From: Klebsormidium nitens
Taxonomy: Eukaryota > Plantae > Klebsormidiophyceae
Assembly: GCA_000708835.1 (NCBI GenBank)
Contig: DF236963.1
Coordinates: forward strand, 310,001 to 374,000
Length of the DNA: 64,000 nt
Reading direction: 5' to 3'
Positions within the stretch are counted from its first letter, which is position 1. Each line of letters starts with the position of its first letter. The position numbers and the translations under genes were made by a program. Under the pieces are notes generated by a model. It saw only the letters and a program-made list of their open reading frames with translations. It was not told the origin of the DNA and searched no databases. Below, piece after piece: positions 10,184 to 22,789 of the stretch.

Positions 10184-13100
10184 ATGGACTCGCCCATGGA
10201 GGGGGTTGAGGAGTTGGCGTCAGACGATTTCTTCGCAGGGACGCTGCAGCACTTCAAGAATTCGGAGCGCATTGACAACCAGCACTTGTGTGCGGTTATC
10301 CTGGCATTGTCTGAGGTCATCAGAGAACAGGGGCTCAAGCCGACGGCGACCGCTTACTTTGCAGCAATCATGGCGTCGTTGGAAAGGAGACAGGTGGGGT
10401 TCCAGTTTGTCAAAAAGAAAACTTTCAACCGTTGTTGAACTTGATGGTCGTTCGAATTGGAACGTGGGTTGAGACGTAGGAGTTGGAGGCCCCCTTCAAA
10501 ATCATCGTTGGATGGGGCGAAGGCATGAAAGGGTGGTGTAGTCGAGCAACAAGCTTAGACTTGGTGGTGCTTTTCCAAGTTGGCCAGGTATCAAGATTAG
10601 GGTTTGTGCACACCATTACCAATCTGATGAAGATGCAATGAGGGGTGGTGCAATCAGCGCGCTACATTTTAGTGTGACCAACAATCTTTGTCCGTCCCGG
10701 CTTCCCGTCTCGAATGGCGGGGCCCTCTCTAGGCCCTATGTCTTGGAAGCTCGAGAGAAGCCTATTCTGCTCGTTCTCAATCCTAAAAGTTTCTGCCTGT
10801 GGCCGAGTGCTGTTGCAGCGGCCCAACCGTACGCATCACTTTCTATTGCCACTTTTGGGCTGACTTGAAGCAAGACCCCAAATAAAAACCTATTAAGTCC
10901 GCCTTTTAAAACCCTTCCTACAGGCCCAGGGCAGCCTTGACGTCCTCTTCGCCACCGTGTCCCTTCTCGCTCTAGTTCTGCCCAAGCTCCCCCAGGGCGT
11001 CCTGCGGTCCAAGCTGGACGCTTCGCTGGCGGTCGTGTCCGAGATTGTGTCCGAAACCAAGGGCGGAGAGTCGGGGGCGGCGCAGGGCGTCGTAAAGGCG
11101 GGGCTTGGTTGCTTGCAAACGCTGCTGCAAGAAGCGGACCATTCCAAGTGGCTGAAGCTGGCGCGTCCGTTTGGGCTGTCGCTGCATTACTGCACCGATG
11201 CACGCCCCAAGGTGCGGGAGCTCGGCCTTTGGAATGCTTGACCTGGGTTGTCCTGCAGTAGCATTGCGCATTGCAAGCTGGGTGAATGGTTCCTCCAAAA
11301 TGGGAGGCCGTTGCTACGAGTTAATGGTTTCTGGTGGACGGATGTTTGTAAAGGGATGGCTGCTTCCTCGAATTGGAGTTGCTTGTGCGGACGTTCCGTA
11401 GAGAGGCTTCCTTTGGGAAACTCTTGCTAGGCCCTCATTTGCAGCACCTCCGCTGAGTACCTCGAAAGTGCACAGAGGCAGACGCGAATCACCACTCATT
11501 TCAAGCTCTTCCACTATGTGCAACAACCTGGATTATTAAAACCCAACAGCTTTAATTTTGAAAGTACTCTGAACTGAGCGTCCGGCACTCCAGGTCCGAA
11601 AGCGCGCCCACCTCGCCGTGTCCGAAGTCCTCTCCAGCCTCGCCGGCACTCCTTCCCTCGCCGCCGCAAGCGATTCCGTCGACGCCTTCTGCGATAGCGT
11701 TCTCACCGCGGCCACGAGCGGCGCTCCTTCGGAAAGCGCCACGTCAGCCGCCTCGTCAGCGATGCACCTCCTGGGCGGCGTCCGGAGCTTCCTCCCGAGA
11801 CTGTCCGGAAAAGCGTCCGGAAAGCTCATGCAGGTGATTCACAGTGCTTTTATTCCCCGTCTAGTTCTCTCGCCCTCTGTACCAGAAGTTAGTGACTAGT
11901 ATACCTGTTCTACTTCAAGGATACTCCTGGATTGTTGGTCACGGCTTCACGGTGCCACCTCATCGGTCGACTCTTTGCACTGTTCAAGTCTGTTGGAGAA
12001 AGGTTTCATTAATTTGTGAGTTTCTGGTAATCACGATTATTGCGAAGACTGATAATACCAAGTTTTGGGTTTGAGAAGCTCAGTGTCTGACCCTGAACAT
12101 TCGCAACTCACCTTGGTGCAGCGGCTAGTGTCCCTGCTCGCGCTCCAGCAGCCAATCATCTCGCGCCACGTCATCGACGCCCTGGACGCCTACGCCAGCG
12201 AGGACGCTGACGCCAGCGCCGACGCCGGCGTTTTGGCGGACGTCCTCGGACGGGTGCTCGAGCTCTCGGACGCCGAGAAGCTCTCGGGAGACGAGTCGGC
12301 CGCCGTCGCGAAGTTGATCGAGAAGGGCTACGCAAAACTCTTCCGCGCCGACCCGGCGCTCGGTGCGAAAAGGCTCCCGGGGGCCTTCCACGCGCTTGCG
12401 GCGGGGCTGGCGTCGGAGCGTGAGGAGCTTATTTTCACCACCGCAGAGTCGCTCCGTGCGCTGATCAACGGGTGCATCGACGATGCGATGATTCGGCAGG
12501 GGTTGGCGGAGGGCAGAACGGGCCCGAGCGAAATTGAGCGGGTGTGCGTGTGTTTGGAGGGAACGCTGGGGTATCAGTATAGGGGGGCGTGGGATATGGC
12601 GCTCCTAGTGGTGGCGGAAATGTACCAGAAGCTGGGGCCGGCGAGCTACCAGCTTATGTATAAGACGACGCAGACGCTTGGTAAGTCGGCTTTTGATGAG
12701 ACTGTTGGTCTGCATATGTGAACGATGTTTGGGATAATGAGAGAAATGAATTTGAGTGCCTAAGGCTACCTTGGCGTTTTGAGGACGGGAAGAAGATGGT
12801 GAAGAAAAATTTCTGACGAAATTGGGGTTTTGAGTCTCATTTCAACGGCTTTGGATTTTATAGATGATCTGGCATACAGTTTTTCAAAGACACTTTCCGG
12901 ACCGTTACGACTTTCTCTGAATCAGCCTCCGTCCAAACAGCTCACCTCAATTGCCGAACTTTCGTGCCGTCAAAAACCCGGAAAAACAAGGTGAACGTGA
13001 CCTCCTTTAATCGTCTTTTCCGCATTGACAGGCGAGCTCCAGGCTCTCGAAGACGAAAACATGCCATGCCGCCCTCAACTACACGCCGCAATCGGCGCAG

Positions 13101-16100
13101 CTATTGAGGCGATGGGCCCCGAACAGCTGCTGTCGATCCTGCCCCTCAATTTGGACGGCCCAGATTTGTCCAAGGCGAATCTGTGGCTGCTGCCAATCCT
13201 GGAGAAGCACATAGTGGGAGCGCGTTTACACTGGTTCGCCGACCAGGTGTTGCCCCTGGTGGGAACGCTCTCACAGCGGGCGGCGAAAGCGACGGCGGAG
13301 GGGCGGCCGATTGCGGCGCGAAACGCGGAGGCATGCGCGACGCAGGTGGGTGGAGAAACGATCTGCAAGGCAACCGTAACGATATGTTCTTAGGACATCA
13401 CGAATTACGAATTTCTTTCTTACGAAGAAAGAAATTATGCGCATTGGTTTGTTCTGGATTACTGGACTGCTGAATGGAAATGTGAGCAGTAGCAACAACA
13501 ATTGTCAGAAGTCAAAAGCGAAGTCAACCTCGGGCCTGTCCAACAATCGAAGCATTGCTCTTCCGTGGCTCCGAACTCATTGAGCTCTGATGAGCCAAAC
13601 AATTCTAACGACCCTGGTTCCCGGTAACTTCATAGGAAAACCCACTTCACATCCTGGGGAACTTGTGTTGAAAGAAGGCGGTCGATCGAGATGTACGACC
13701 TCCCTGTGGCCGCAGGCAAATCAGAGCTTGCGAAGGTCGGTGCCGACTTGTGGCAAAACTGACGGCCACCGGTCGTTTCGAGCAGACGCTTTGGAGACAA
13801 TCTCTCCGGAAAAACCAGTTTAGAACAAAACCCTCCCCTTCTCTCGCTGCAGCTGTGGGGCCTCCTTCCCGCCGTCTGCAACTACCCGGTTGACGCCCCC
13901 GACTCCTTCAAGTTCCTCGCAAAGCACCTCGGGACCGCTTTCAACGACCGTCCGGAGCTTCGGGGGGTAATCTCCTCCTCCCTCCAACACCTCATCAAAC
14001 AGAGCAAACAAGCGCGCGATGCCCCCGCCGGGGGGGCGGATGCGAGCGACTCCGAAACCCCCCTCAGCGCGTCGGTTCGACGGGCGCGCGCGTTTTACAC
14101 CCCAACAGTTGGCGCCGCGAACCTAGCGGCGATAACGGCGTTCACGAGAAACTTTCTCCCCCTCTTCTTCAATGCCTTCGTCGCGTCCCCCCCAGAAAAG
14201 CGCGCGGGAATTTTTGCGGCCGTCGAGGCGTTCGCCTCCGTAGCAGACCCGGCGCAAGTGCGCACTTTCGCGGAAACGATGATGGTCAAGCTCCTCGAAG
14301 CCACGCGCGACGCCGAGGCCCAAAAGGGGGGGGCGAAAACGCCCGGCGAAGCGGCCCCCATGAACGTGGACGGCTCCCCCGCCGCAACCCCCACCGCGCG
14401 GCGCTGCACGTTCATGGAGCTCGCCGTGGCGCTGACACCTGGCATGGATGACGTCAGCGTCGGGGCGCTCTACCGGGCGGCCCGCCCGGCGGTTATGGAC
14501 CCGGAGGCGCCCGTCCAGAAGAAGGCGTATAAGCTATTGGCGCGGCTCTGCGAGCTGCGGCCGGCGTTCCTACGCGCGCAGGGGGCGGACCTGTTCGAGC
14601 TCCTGATGACGTCACAGGCGGGGTGCGCGAGCGCGGCTCGGCGCGCGAGGCTGGCGTGCCTGCGCCACGTGGTCGTGCTGATGACGACGGAGGGGGCGGC
14701 GGAAAAGGACGAAGCCATCTCGGCGCTGGTGAGCGTTGCTCGTTTGGTTGCTTGCTGTCCTTCTCTCCCACTTTGTCTTCCCTTTTCTTTTGTTTCGCCT
14801 GGAGTTTGCGGTGAGCGCCGTTGTCAGGCGTGCGTTTGCTTGAGCGAGTGTGGCATCAATGAAAGACGTGCGTGCTTTTTGTTCCCGCGCATAGATTGCT
14901 CTGAGCATGGTGGTTGCTTCGCCTTAATAGAGCATGTGAGATACCAAGCATAGGACAAGAATTCACTGCGAATATCAGATGCCAGGCATCCCCTCTATGT
15001 TGGCTTCCTTATTGATCCCGCAGCTGAACCTCTTGGTAGATTCCGGGTTCCCAGGTCGTTCTTAGATTTTGTGCCGCTTGTTCCTTTCTCGAAGATACGA
15101 ATCACTTACAGAACCGTTACCTTTTCCTCTTGCAACAGGTGAGCGAGATCATCATCGCGACCAAGGAGGTAAACGCTAAGACGCGCAACGCCGCGTACGA
15201 GCTTCTGGTGACCATCGCGCGTGCCGCCGAGAATCCGGAGCTGGGTGGCTCGCAGGAGGCGCTCGTGCGCTTCTTCGGTGTGATTGTGGGCGGTCTGGCG
15301 GGAAGGACGCCGCACATGGTGAGCTCGTGGCACCAAAGTTCCTGTTCTCTTCAAACATAGCCTAGCATTATTTTCAAACATGAGCAGCAGTCATTGAGTC
15401 CTCGGAGCTTAAGCTTGACCTTGAGGTTACATCTCTTGATCTCACTTTATAGCTGCTTGGACATGGAGTCTGACAAGGATTTCTTATTGTGAGCTCTGAA
15501 GCTCGTAAACCGATTGTTTCAAACCCTAAATGCAACCCCTCGTCTACCTCCGTAATGCAGCGCATCCGTAATCACGCTTGCTCGCCTGTTGTGCGGGGTC
15601 TTTACCCCTGCTCAGCGACATCTTCTTTTGCCAAACCTACAAGTAGCATGAACTGGTCAGCCTACGTTCTGCGACCTTCCACTTGAACTCCACCTCTCCG
15701 TCCGCTGATTAGCGCATCTTGGGGGCTCTGCTCTACCTTGTCTAAACCACCGAAAAGCATCACTCACCCGCCTGAGTCTTATAATTTCCTACCCTTGTCT
15801 CTTACCCCTGAGACCTCCGTCCGCAGGTCAGCCCGTCGGTGGTTGCCCTGGCTGGCCTGCTCTACGACTCCACCTGTTAAGATCCTCGAAGTTAAAGGTC
15901 TGTTAGCCTCATTCCTTGACCTCTTAACCTGCCTCTTGACGCTACTTCTCAACCTTGCCCCTATTCATTGCAGATCAGCGCATCGGTGGTGGCCCTGGCC
16001 CGCCTGCTGTACGAGTTCTCCACCACTCTGTCGCACACCATCCCCGACCTGCTGCCGTCCGTGCTGCTCCTGCTGCGCACCAAGTCGCGCGAGGTCATCA

Positions 16101-18099
16101 AGAGCGTGCTCGGCTTTGTCAAGGTGCGTATATCCTCTGTTTCCTGTTCTTTCTGGTCTAACTTTGTCTCTTGTCTCTTCTTCGTGACTTTCTCTTGCTT
16201 TTCTAATCTCTTACAAGTGTTGCTTTCCGTTCTGCCTTCTTCCTCTTTCGGGTCTGTGTCTGTAGGTATATCCCTAAACTTCTGCTGTTCCCAAATCTGG
16301 TCGTCGTTTCCCGTTATCGCCGGTCCCTCCATTCACAATCCACGCCTTCTAGGGCGGACTCACTGGTTCATGTGCAGTTTAGCATAACTTGTGTGTTGCC
16401 CCTTTTCTAGTCCCTGCCATAGACTTTGAAACGAAAACAAGAGCGACTTTATTCTTTAGGGGAGCAAGGCAACGATGAGTAGCAAACGAATGCGCTTGTG
16501 ACTTTTGCAGGTCGTGATTGCTCGTCTTCCAGCAGACGATCTGGTACCCCATCTGCCTGATTTAGTGGAGGGTCTGCTCATCTGGGCCGAGGACTCCAAG
16601 AACCACTTCAAGATGAAGGTGAGCCGCCGTTCCGCCGGAATTTTTCCCCTCACTGTTTGAAGCATGCGGGACACAAACTGGATCGCTGTAGGTGCATCCC
16701 ACACTCCGTCATTCGCATGGTAGGTGCCAGGTATGGGACGCACCTACAAATACATTCTCGGATTGTCTGCTCTATTCGTACTCGGCCGCTATGCCAGCCG
16801 GCCAGCAGATTGGTCCAAAAAGAAGCCGAATCGACCGTCGTTGCTCCCACTACAGTGAAGCTTTCGTAAACTTCTCTCTTGACCTTACTGTAAGTCATGA
16901 AGAACATACCTGCTTCGTTGAAGCCAGGCTTTCCGGTTCCTACCGGGTTCTTTGTTTTTGGCTTTCCTCTATGGAAGAAGGATCTGTATGGACGACCTTT
17001 CCATACCTTTCGCTTACACCTGGTATCAACCGGGCTGCGGCATTGTGCATGGGCGTCACCATTATACTTGCTGACGTCACCCCTTCGCTCGCTGCAGATC
17101 AAGGTCATCTTTGAGCGGCTCGTGCGGCGGTGCGGATACGAGGCAGTTGCGGCGGTAACCCCTCCAGCACATCAAAAATTGATCACCAACATCCGGAAAA
17201 CGCGGGACCGCCTGGAGCGGAAGAAGCGCGAGAGTGAGGTCGGTTCCGTCAAGAGCGGGGCGGAGTCTGCCAGGGGCGGAGCGGAATCCGTCCGGTCCAA
17301 GGCGCTAACCAGAGCGGCGACCGCGAGAAGGTCGGAGTGGAGCCACGGGGATGTGTTCTCGGACGATGACGAGGAAGGGTTTGGAGGTTTAAGCGACGAC
17401 GGTGCGACGACGGTCGGGGGCGCGCCGGGGGACGGAGTGTCTAGGGGTGGCACGCTGGCAACACGAGCGGCGAGGAAGGCTAGAAAGGTGCGGAGTCGCC
17501 TGCCGGAGGAGGACGAATCTGGGCCGTTGGATCTGCTGGACGTGCAGCGGACGCGGAGATTAATGTCGGCGCCCGGAGGGGGGAGGAGAGGCGAAGAAGA
17601 GGAGGGGGGGTTCGAGGAAGATCCGGAGGGGAGGCTGATCATTGAAGAGGAGAAGAAGGGACGGAAACGGAGGCGGGACGGGGACGAAATGGAACTGGAT
17701 GACGACGATTATATCGGCAGTCAGAGCGGGAAGAGTAATGCGCGGAGCAGGAAAGGGGGGGACGCCCGAGGGGGAAAAGCGAAGGGGGAGTCGAAGGTAA
17801 ACCTGTCGAACAAGGCGCGGAAACTGCAGGACGGGAAGAGGGGCTTTGCGATGGGCGGGGAAGAGTACCGGGCGGGCAAAGGAAAGGGCGGGGGCGACGC
17901 GCGGGGGAAGAAGAAGCTGGAGCCGTTTGCGTATTGGCCGTTGGATCCGAAGATGCTGAATCGGAGGGAGGGGAAGCGGGCCGACGCGCGGAAGGGAATG
18001 GCGGACGTGCTGAAGACGGGGAGAAAGAAGAGGGGGGTCGGGGTAGATAAGAAGCGGTCGGGGATAAAGAAGGGGCACAAGGCCCACAAAAGAAAGTAG
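10184..18099 (+). CDS. RRP12: RRP12-like HEAT-repeat ribosome biogenesis protein (NUC173 domain), 10 exons
   Basis: Exons 10184-10393, 10924-11211, 11594-11833, 12122-12680, 13032-13345, 13853-14728, 15139-15318, 15974-16123, 16511-16618, 17098-18099; phases consistent. Motifs NQHLCAV...PTATAYFAA, DARPKVRKRA, IGAAIEAMGPE..L..LPLNL, LWGLLPAVCNYPVD, QKKAYK.L, EIIIATKEVNAKTR..AY, KSREVIK..LGFVK, KLITNIRK, GGDARGKKKLEPFAYWPL. Confidence 0.93.
10597..10605 (-). promoter_or_regulatory. Possible telo-box (AAACCCTAA) in RRP12 intron 1
   Basis: Exact TTAGGGTTT on the + strand. Telo-boxes are known near the 5' ends of plant ribosome-biogenesis genes, but a single 9-mer could be chance. Confidence 0.25.
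15555..16025 (+). repeat. Junction-echo array of the acceptor/start of RRP12 exon 15974
   Basis: Copies start at about 15555, 15708 and 15827 (GTCAGCCCGTCGGTGGTTGCCCTGGCTGGCCTGCTCTACGA vs real ATCAGCGCATCGGTGGTGGCCCTGGCCCGCCTGCTGTACGA). Confidence 0.85.
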
Positions 18100-19261
18100 G
18101 TGTCTTGGTGTCAGAGTTCAGGGTTCAGGAACGAACACGCGGCACTGAGGTCAAGTTTCAAGGAAGGGGAGTCAGTTGGAGTACAGGCTTGGCATCCGTT
18201 AACGCACAATACGTGCAGCTGTGTTCTGGGTACGTGTCGCAAGAATAAACTGGTTGTCTATTGGTGATTAGTACCGATCATCGCCTTGTCGGACTCGCTC
18301 TTTCATGCGTCATGTCCGCTCTCATCTGCGGGTCGGGCAGCTAGGCCCGGCCGCCATACGTGACATGATTTATCCTCCAAAGAATGATCATAAACGGTTA
18401 CGTGAGTTGCATTGCAAGAAGCATTTTGCGTACAACCCTACATAAGATCATGACAGGGTCCTACTAACTAATAGACAATGTAATCCGCTTTCAAGTTTTT
18501 TGAGCGCTAATGTGTGCCCATCGAAACAGTTGTATTGTCGTGGGAAGTAGGCCCCATTGCACCGAACATGTCAGCGTTGAAATCGTGTTTCCGCTTGCAT
18601 GCTTTATTGTGACTCGGATATAGTGACGGTATCATTATGAATTGCAAACTTGCCCGACGCACCTTCTCATGCAGACTTTGCACGACCCAAATCTCCAAAT
18701 TACTGACTTTTCTGGAACGTCTCATGTGACCGTACGTCCTCGTACGAGCTCACCGGCCCGCTGCCATTGTACATTGATTGTCATCTTTGAGTCAACGAGA
18801 TGATGCATGGAGAATATGCGATAATGCACACTGAGCACACGGAGGCTATGACCCCGATACTCACATAACATGCGTGGAAATCACGATCGGAGTCTTTTGT
18901 CCTTTACCATGTTTTGGATTGAAGTGGTACGTTCAGGGAAGGGCAGCATGAACACACATAAAGCTAGAATTAATGTCGGCAACGAAACAATGATTTTGGA
19001 TAGTTTGTTCACTGGAGGTCTGAAGATGATGCTCGACTCATTTGCTCGTGAGTTTTCTGATTCCATTAAGATTATGTGTGACTCGTTGTCAGGATTGGGA
19101 GCTTAATCTTGCGTACGTAGTGTATCGTAGAGTAATACCCGTAATGGAGAGCTTACCTTCACAAAGCCATATCTGTACCGTTCTTACCCAGACAAGACTT
19201 CTCGGCCTCAGGCCCATCCCATAAAGAGCACCGCTGACTAATCGGCTTTTGACTTTGGTAA

Positions 19262-19912
19262 TCAGCTTACAGCTTCCTCTTGACCGACTTCTGGCCGGGT
19301 TCTGATTATTTCCTGTTTGATTGAAGTGACAAACGGTCCTCGCGTGTAGATTCTGCTGTTCGTTAGGAAAGAACATGAGAGCTCAAACCCCGCGAGAGCA
19401 ACAAAAGCCAGCTCCTCGCAAGCTACAGCCATGATCATCTCCACGAGAATCTTTTTGTTCGGACGCTCCGAGGTTGCTTCGTTCGCACTGTCGTCAGACG
19501 GCGTGACGTCACGCACTTCAGCATCCCGGTAGACCACAAAGTTTGCTTTGCCAATCGCTCCCTTTCGGGATTCCAGCCATGCTCGATTCAACGCGTTGCT
19601 CGCTCTGACTTGACATTCAAGGTTAGGGAACTTGGCACTCTTGGTGAGTAGATCCTGGGTCGCATCTAACCAGCCATGACCCAAGGCAACCGCCTGATTG
19701 CTCACTTCCGTTGCGTTTCCAACGGCCATGAGCCTCCCCAACAGCGTATCCACCCTTTCCGCCATTTTAACGACAAGATCGAGCTTATCATCTCTAACGA
19801 TCCTCGATGTCTGAACCACGCTGTAGAGCTCATCGGGCAGAAACTCCAGCAGAGTATCTAACTCCGCCAGACAGTCTCCTGACTCGTCGCAAGCTGATGC
19901 CGGAGACGCCAT
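19262..19912 (-). CDS. Hypothetical protein (orphan ORF, about 216 aa from ATG 19912)
   Basis: Uninterrupted frame with a helical-looking sequence (LAELDTLLEFLPDELYSVV...KMAERVDTLLGRL); no family recognised; 3' end may be spliced. Confidence 0.35.
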   Translation of the reverse strand: MASPASACDESGDCLAELDTLLEFLPDELYSVVQTSRIVRDDKLDLVVKMAERVDTLLGRLMAVGNATEVSNQAVALGHGWLDATQDLLTKSAKFPNLECQVRASNALNRAWLESRKGAIGKANFVVYRDAEVRDVTPSDDSANEATSERPNKKILVEMIMAVACEELAFVALAGFELSCSFLTNSRIYTRGPFVTSIKQEIIRTRPEVGQEEAVS

Positions 19913-20749
19913 GTCTGGGTGGACTAAGAGTGGCGTGCCACTCCAATTCAATTTGGAGTAGCGCTCCCTTCTGCCCGTAGCGGCTGACTATTTCAAGCCT
20001 CGTTCAAGGAAGCATCGCGAGGCGACTTTCGAAGATTACGTTCGTGAACAAAACAATCTAGGAAGTGACACAGACGACGATTATCCTGCCAAGAAGGTTC
20101 TGGAGAAGCTTTCGACAGGGCGCGCAGCCTTTATAATTTGTGCCTTTCCAGTGTTCACCCCGTCTACTGGACATCCGATTGTCTTTTGAGCATTATTCGA
20201 TTGCCTGCAAGAAGTAACGGCTCAAGACAGGTCAATCGTGAGTGGTCAGCCTACAGTTGACGGCCGAAGTGGCTGCGCGGCCGCGCGCTTCTCCGAAAAC
20301 TGCCGCGGTGAACCGCGCGCGCGCAGGCGCAGCTGCCAGAAAGGAGAGGCCCTGCTAAAGGTGCCCTTTTGTTCAAGAAACACTCAGAAGCACTAAAGTT
20401 GTTCAAATTGCGGCGGCGCTGAGGCGCCTGTTGCGTGCTGCTGTTTCACAATACTGTTCAAAGGCTCCGCACTCACCTCCACACACTTCCGGGGACACCT
20501 CTAGGGCAATGCCCCGGAACAAGCAAACGCCGGGCTGCTGAGCAATCCTTTTGCTCTTCGTTAAACTTAATTTTACCTTTAAGATCTTTGCTTCGTCGTT
20601 GTTCGATCGGGGCTGTTCTCAGCAAGTTCGCCGTGCTTCCAGGGTTTGACTCAGGCGCGCTCTTCAAGCACGAGGGTTTTAACCTTCCTGCACGCGTGGC
20701 CGCGGTTGCGCAACCCGCCGGCCCTAGAGGCCGCTACCCGGCAGTCTGC

Positions 20750-21320
20750 CCGCCCGGCCCGCCGGAAGCCGAAGCCCGATCTTGGCTGTCTGGGAAAAGG
20801 ACTCGAGGTGCCCGGGTTACGAGGAGAATCCTGAGGGGAGGGTTGTGCCGGAACGACAGGAAGAAGACGAAAGTGCTGAAAAGACCAAAAGATGTTCTGA
20901 CAAAGACCGTTGCATTGACGTCAGAGCACATCTGGCAAGCGGAGAATTCACACTCGGAGCAAAGCTTGCCCGAGGGGGAAAAGCGAAGGGGGCGGGGATT
21001 AAATGTCTGTCGAAATCCAACCGTTAACCAGTTGAATGAACAGGCAGCAAGGAAGTAGGGGGCGCTTTGCGATGGCCGGGGAAGAGTACCGGGCGGGCAG
21101 GGGAAAGGCGGGGGCGACGAAGGAAGAGGCCGTTCGTTTATTGGCCGTTGGATCTGATATGCTGGATTGGAGGGAGGGAAAACGGGCGAATGCGCGGAGG
21201 GGAATGACGGACGTGCTTAAGACGGGGGGAAACGAAGAAGGGGGTACTTGTGGTTGATAGGAAGTGGTCGGGGGTTGGGGAAGGGTACTGCAGGGGCGCA
21301 AACGCCCACAAAGGAAAGAA
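20750..21320 (+). pseudogene. Decayed partial duplicate of the RRP12 last exon
   Basis: 21066-21100 TTTGCGATGGCCGGGGAAGAGTACCGGGCGGGCAG vs 17845-17879 (33/35 identical); GAGGAGAATCCTGAGGGGAGG vs GAGGAAGATCCGGAGGGGAGG; frameshifts, stops and deletions; no upstream exons. Confidence 0.88.
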
Positions 21321-22789
21321 GCAGTGCTTGAATGCTTGATGAATTCACTGTCGAAATTCACATGACCTTATAAGATGTAAAGTCAGCTCTACTAGTAAAA
21401 GTAATTCTACCTGCAAGCAATGCTTGGCTCCCGACTCGCTAGCTTCTTGCACGGTCGCTGGTCAAGCAAGAATGAAAGACTTCGCTTCAACCCACCCCAG
21501 CAACCGAGCCCCGTGTTGGTGGATATCGCAGGTCAAAACGTTGCATCGTGATGCCAGCGCTGAGATCTCGCTCGTTTCACCGTGTGCGTGGAAGTGTAAC
21601 ATGGAACTGCTTGAACAACCCGTTACTTAGGTGGTATATCGAGTTGTGCTTACACTCGTTTTCGCATTGCGGAAAGGCATAAGGGGCATTTGGCAAATAC
21701 CAGCTGGGGAAAGGGTCAAGTACTTGCAGCCGGTCTCCATGATGGCCGGGTTACTCTAATTAACTTTCAAATGCCAGCGCGCAGCAAGTTTCATGAATTC
21801 AAACTTATTGACAGGAACGGCTCAAATCATGGAGGAGCTCAGTTCATGTTTAGTACGTGTAGTATACTTAGCTGGACACAGTCATACGGAAATATATGAC
21901 AATTGTCTGGCATGTCTGTCGGAAATTCTGGATACTTGCTGGCCCCTTCCCGATCCTGCGTATCTCGTGCAGAGGCAACGAGATGCTTTTCCATTCCTTC
22001 AGTGACCAATGCCATTTCATGGGCAGAAGCAATTGCGGTCGCTAGCTAAGTGTTTGCAGGTATGCCGGCCGCGGCTTTTGCACGTACTCTGATTTTCAAG
22101 TTAATGCTCTTCACTGCTCATACGTGCTGATGGGCCGATATGCGGACACTGCGACAATTCATGGGCTACAGGCCGCCATGCCCGGCCGCATACTGAAAGT
22201 TTCGAATACATAGTACACCATGAGGCCGGCCACATGACGTCGACAAAGCTCGGCCATCCGAAAGCATCACAGGCGTCTGCGCCATTACCAGGCTTTGAAA
22301 AGCCAATTTCACATTTGGACCCACCTTTAACACAGTTTCGTATATGTGGCCGCCATTCTTTACAACACATACGTTCATGCTTTTGTTTACGTGCCAGCTA
22401 GACAACAGCTGTACTCGGCATCCCCAAACTTGCGCGCAGGTTCGATTTCACAGGCGCATGATGCTTTTTGGACCAACATCAGGACATAATTATAGCGGCC
22501 CACATATGCACATGCTCAGAACAACTATCATGCAATTTCGCGCGGTCAGCGTAATTGATTGATGAATCAGAACGGTGTTGGTCGAACAGTGACGGGTCTC
22601 CGTTCAAATTTTAGTTGGTTGATGAACTGCAATGTGGGCGTCTGAGATAATTCGCTAAAGTCACGGTATATACACTATTGCATGCAAGCGCAACTTTTCT
22701 AGCTTGCCATCGGACAAATCCCGGCCCACCGAAAAGATCGGCCAAAGACCGGACCTATATGTACCTCAATCATCCTGGAGAGGCGCGGG

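Noticed and set aside
17172-18089. Long antisense ORFs over RRP12 and other GC-rich exons
   Set aside because: Shadow frames of GC3-rich coding sequence.
22400-22460. GGTTCGATT B-box-like motif suggesting a tRNA or SINE
   Set aside because: No A box, cloverleaf or acceptor stem could be formed.
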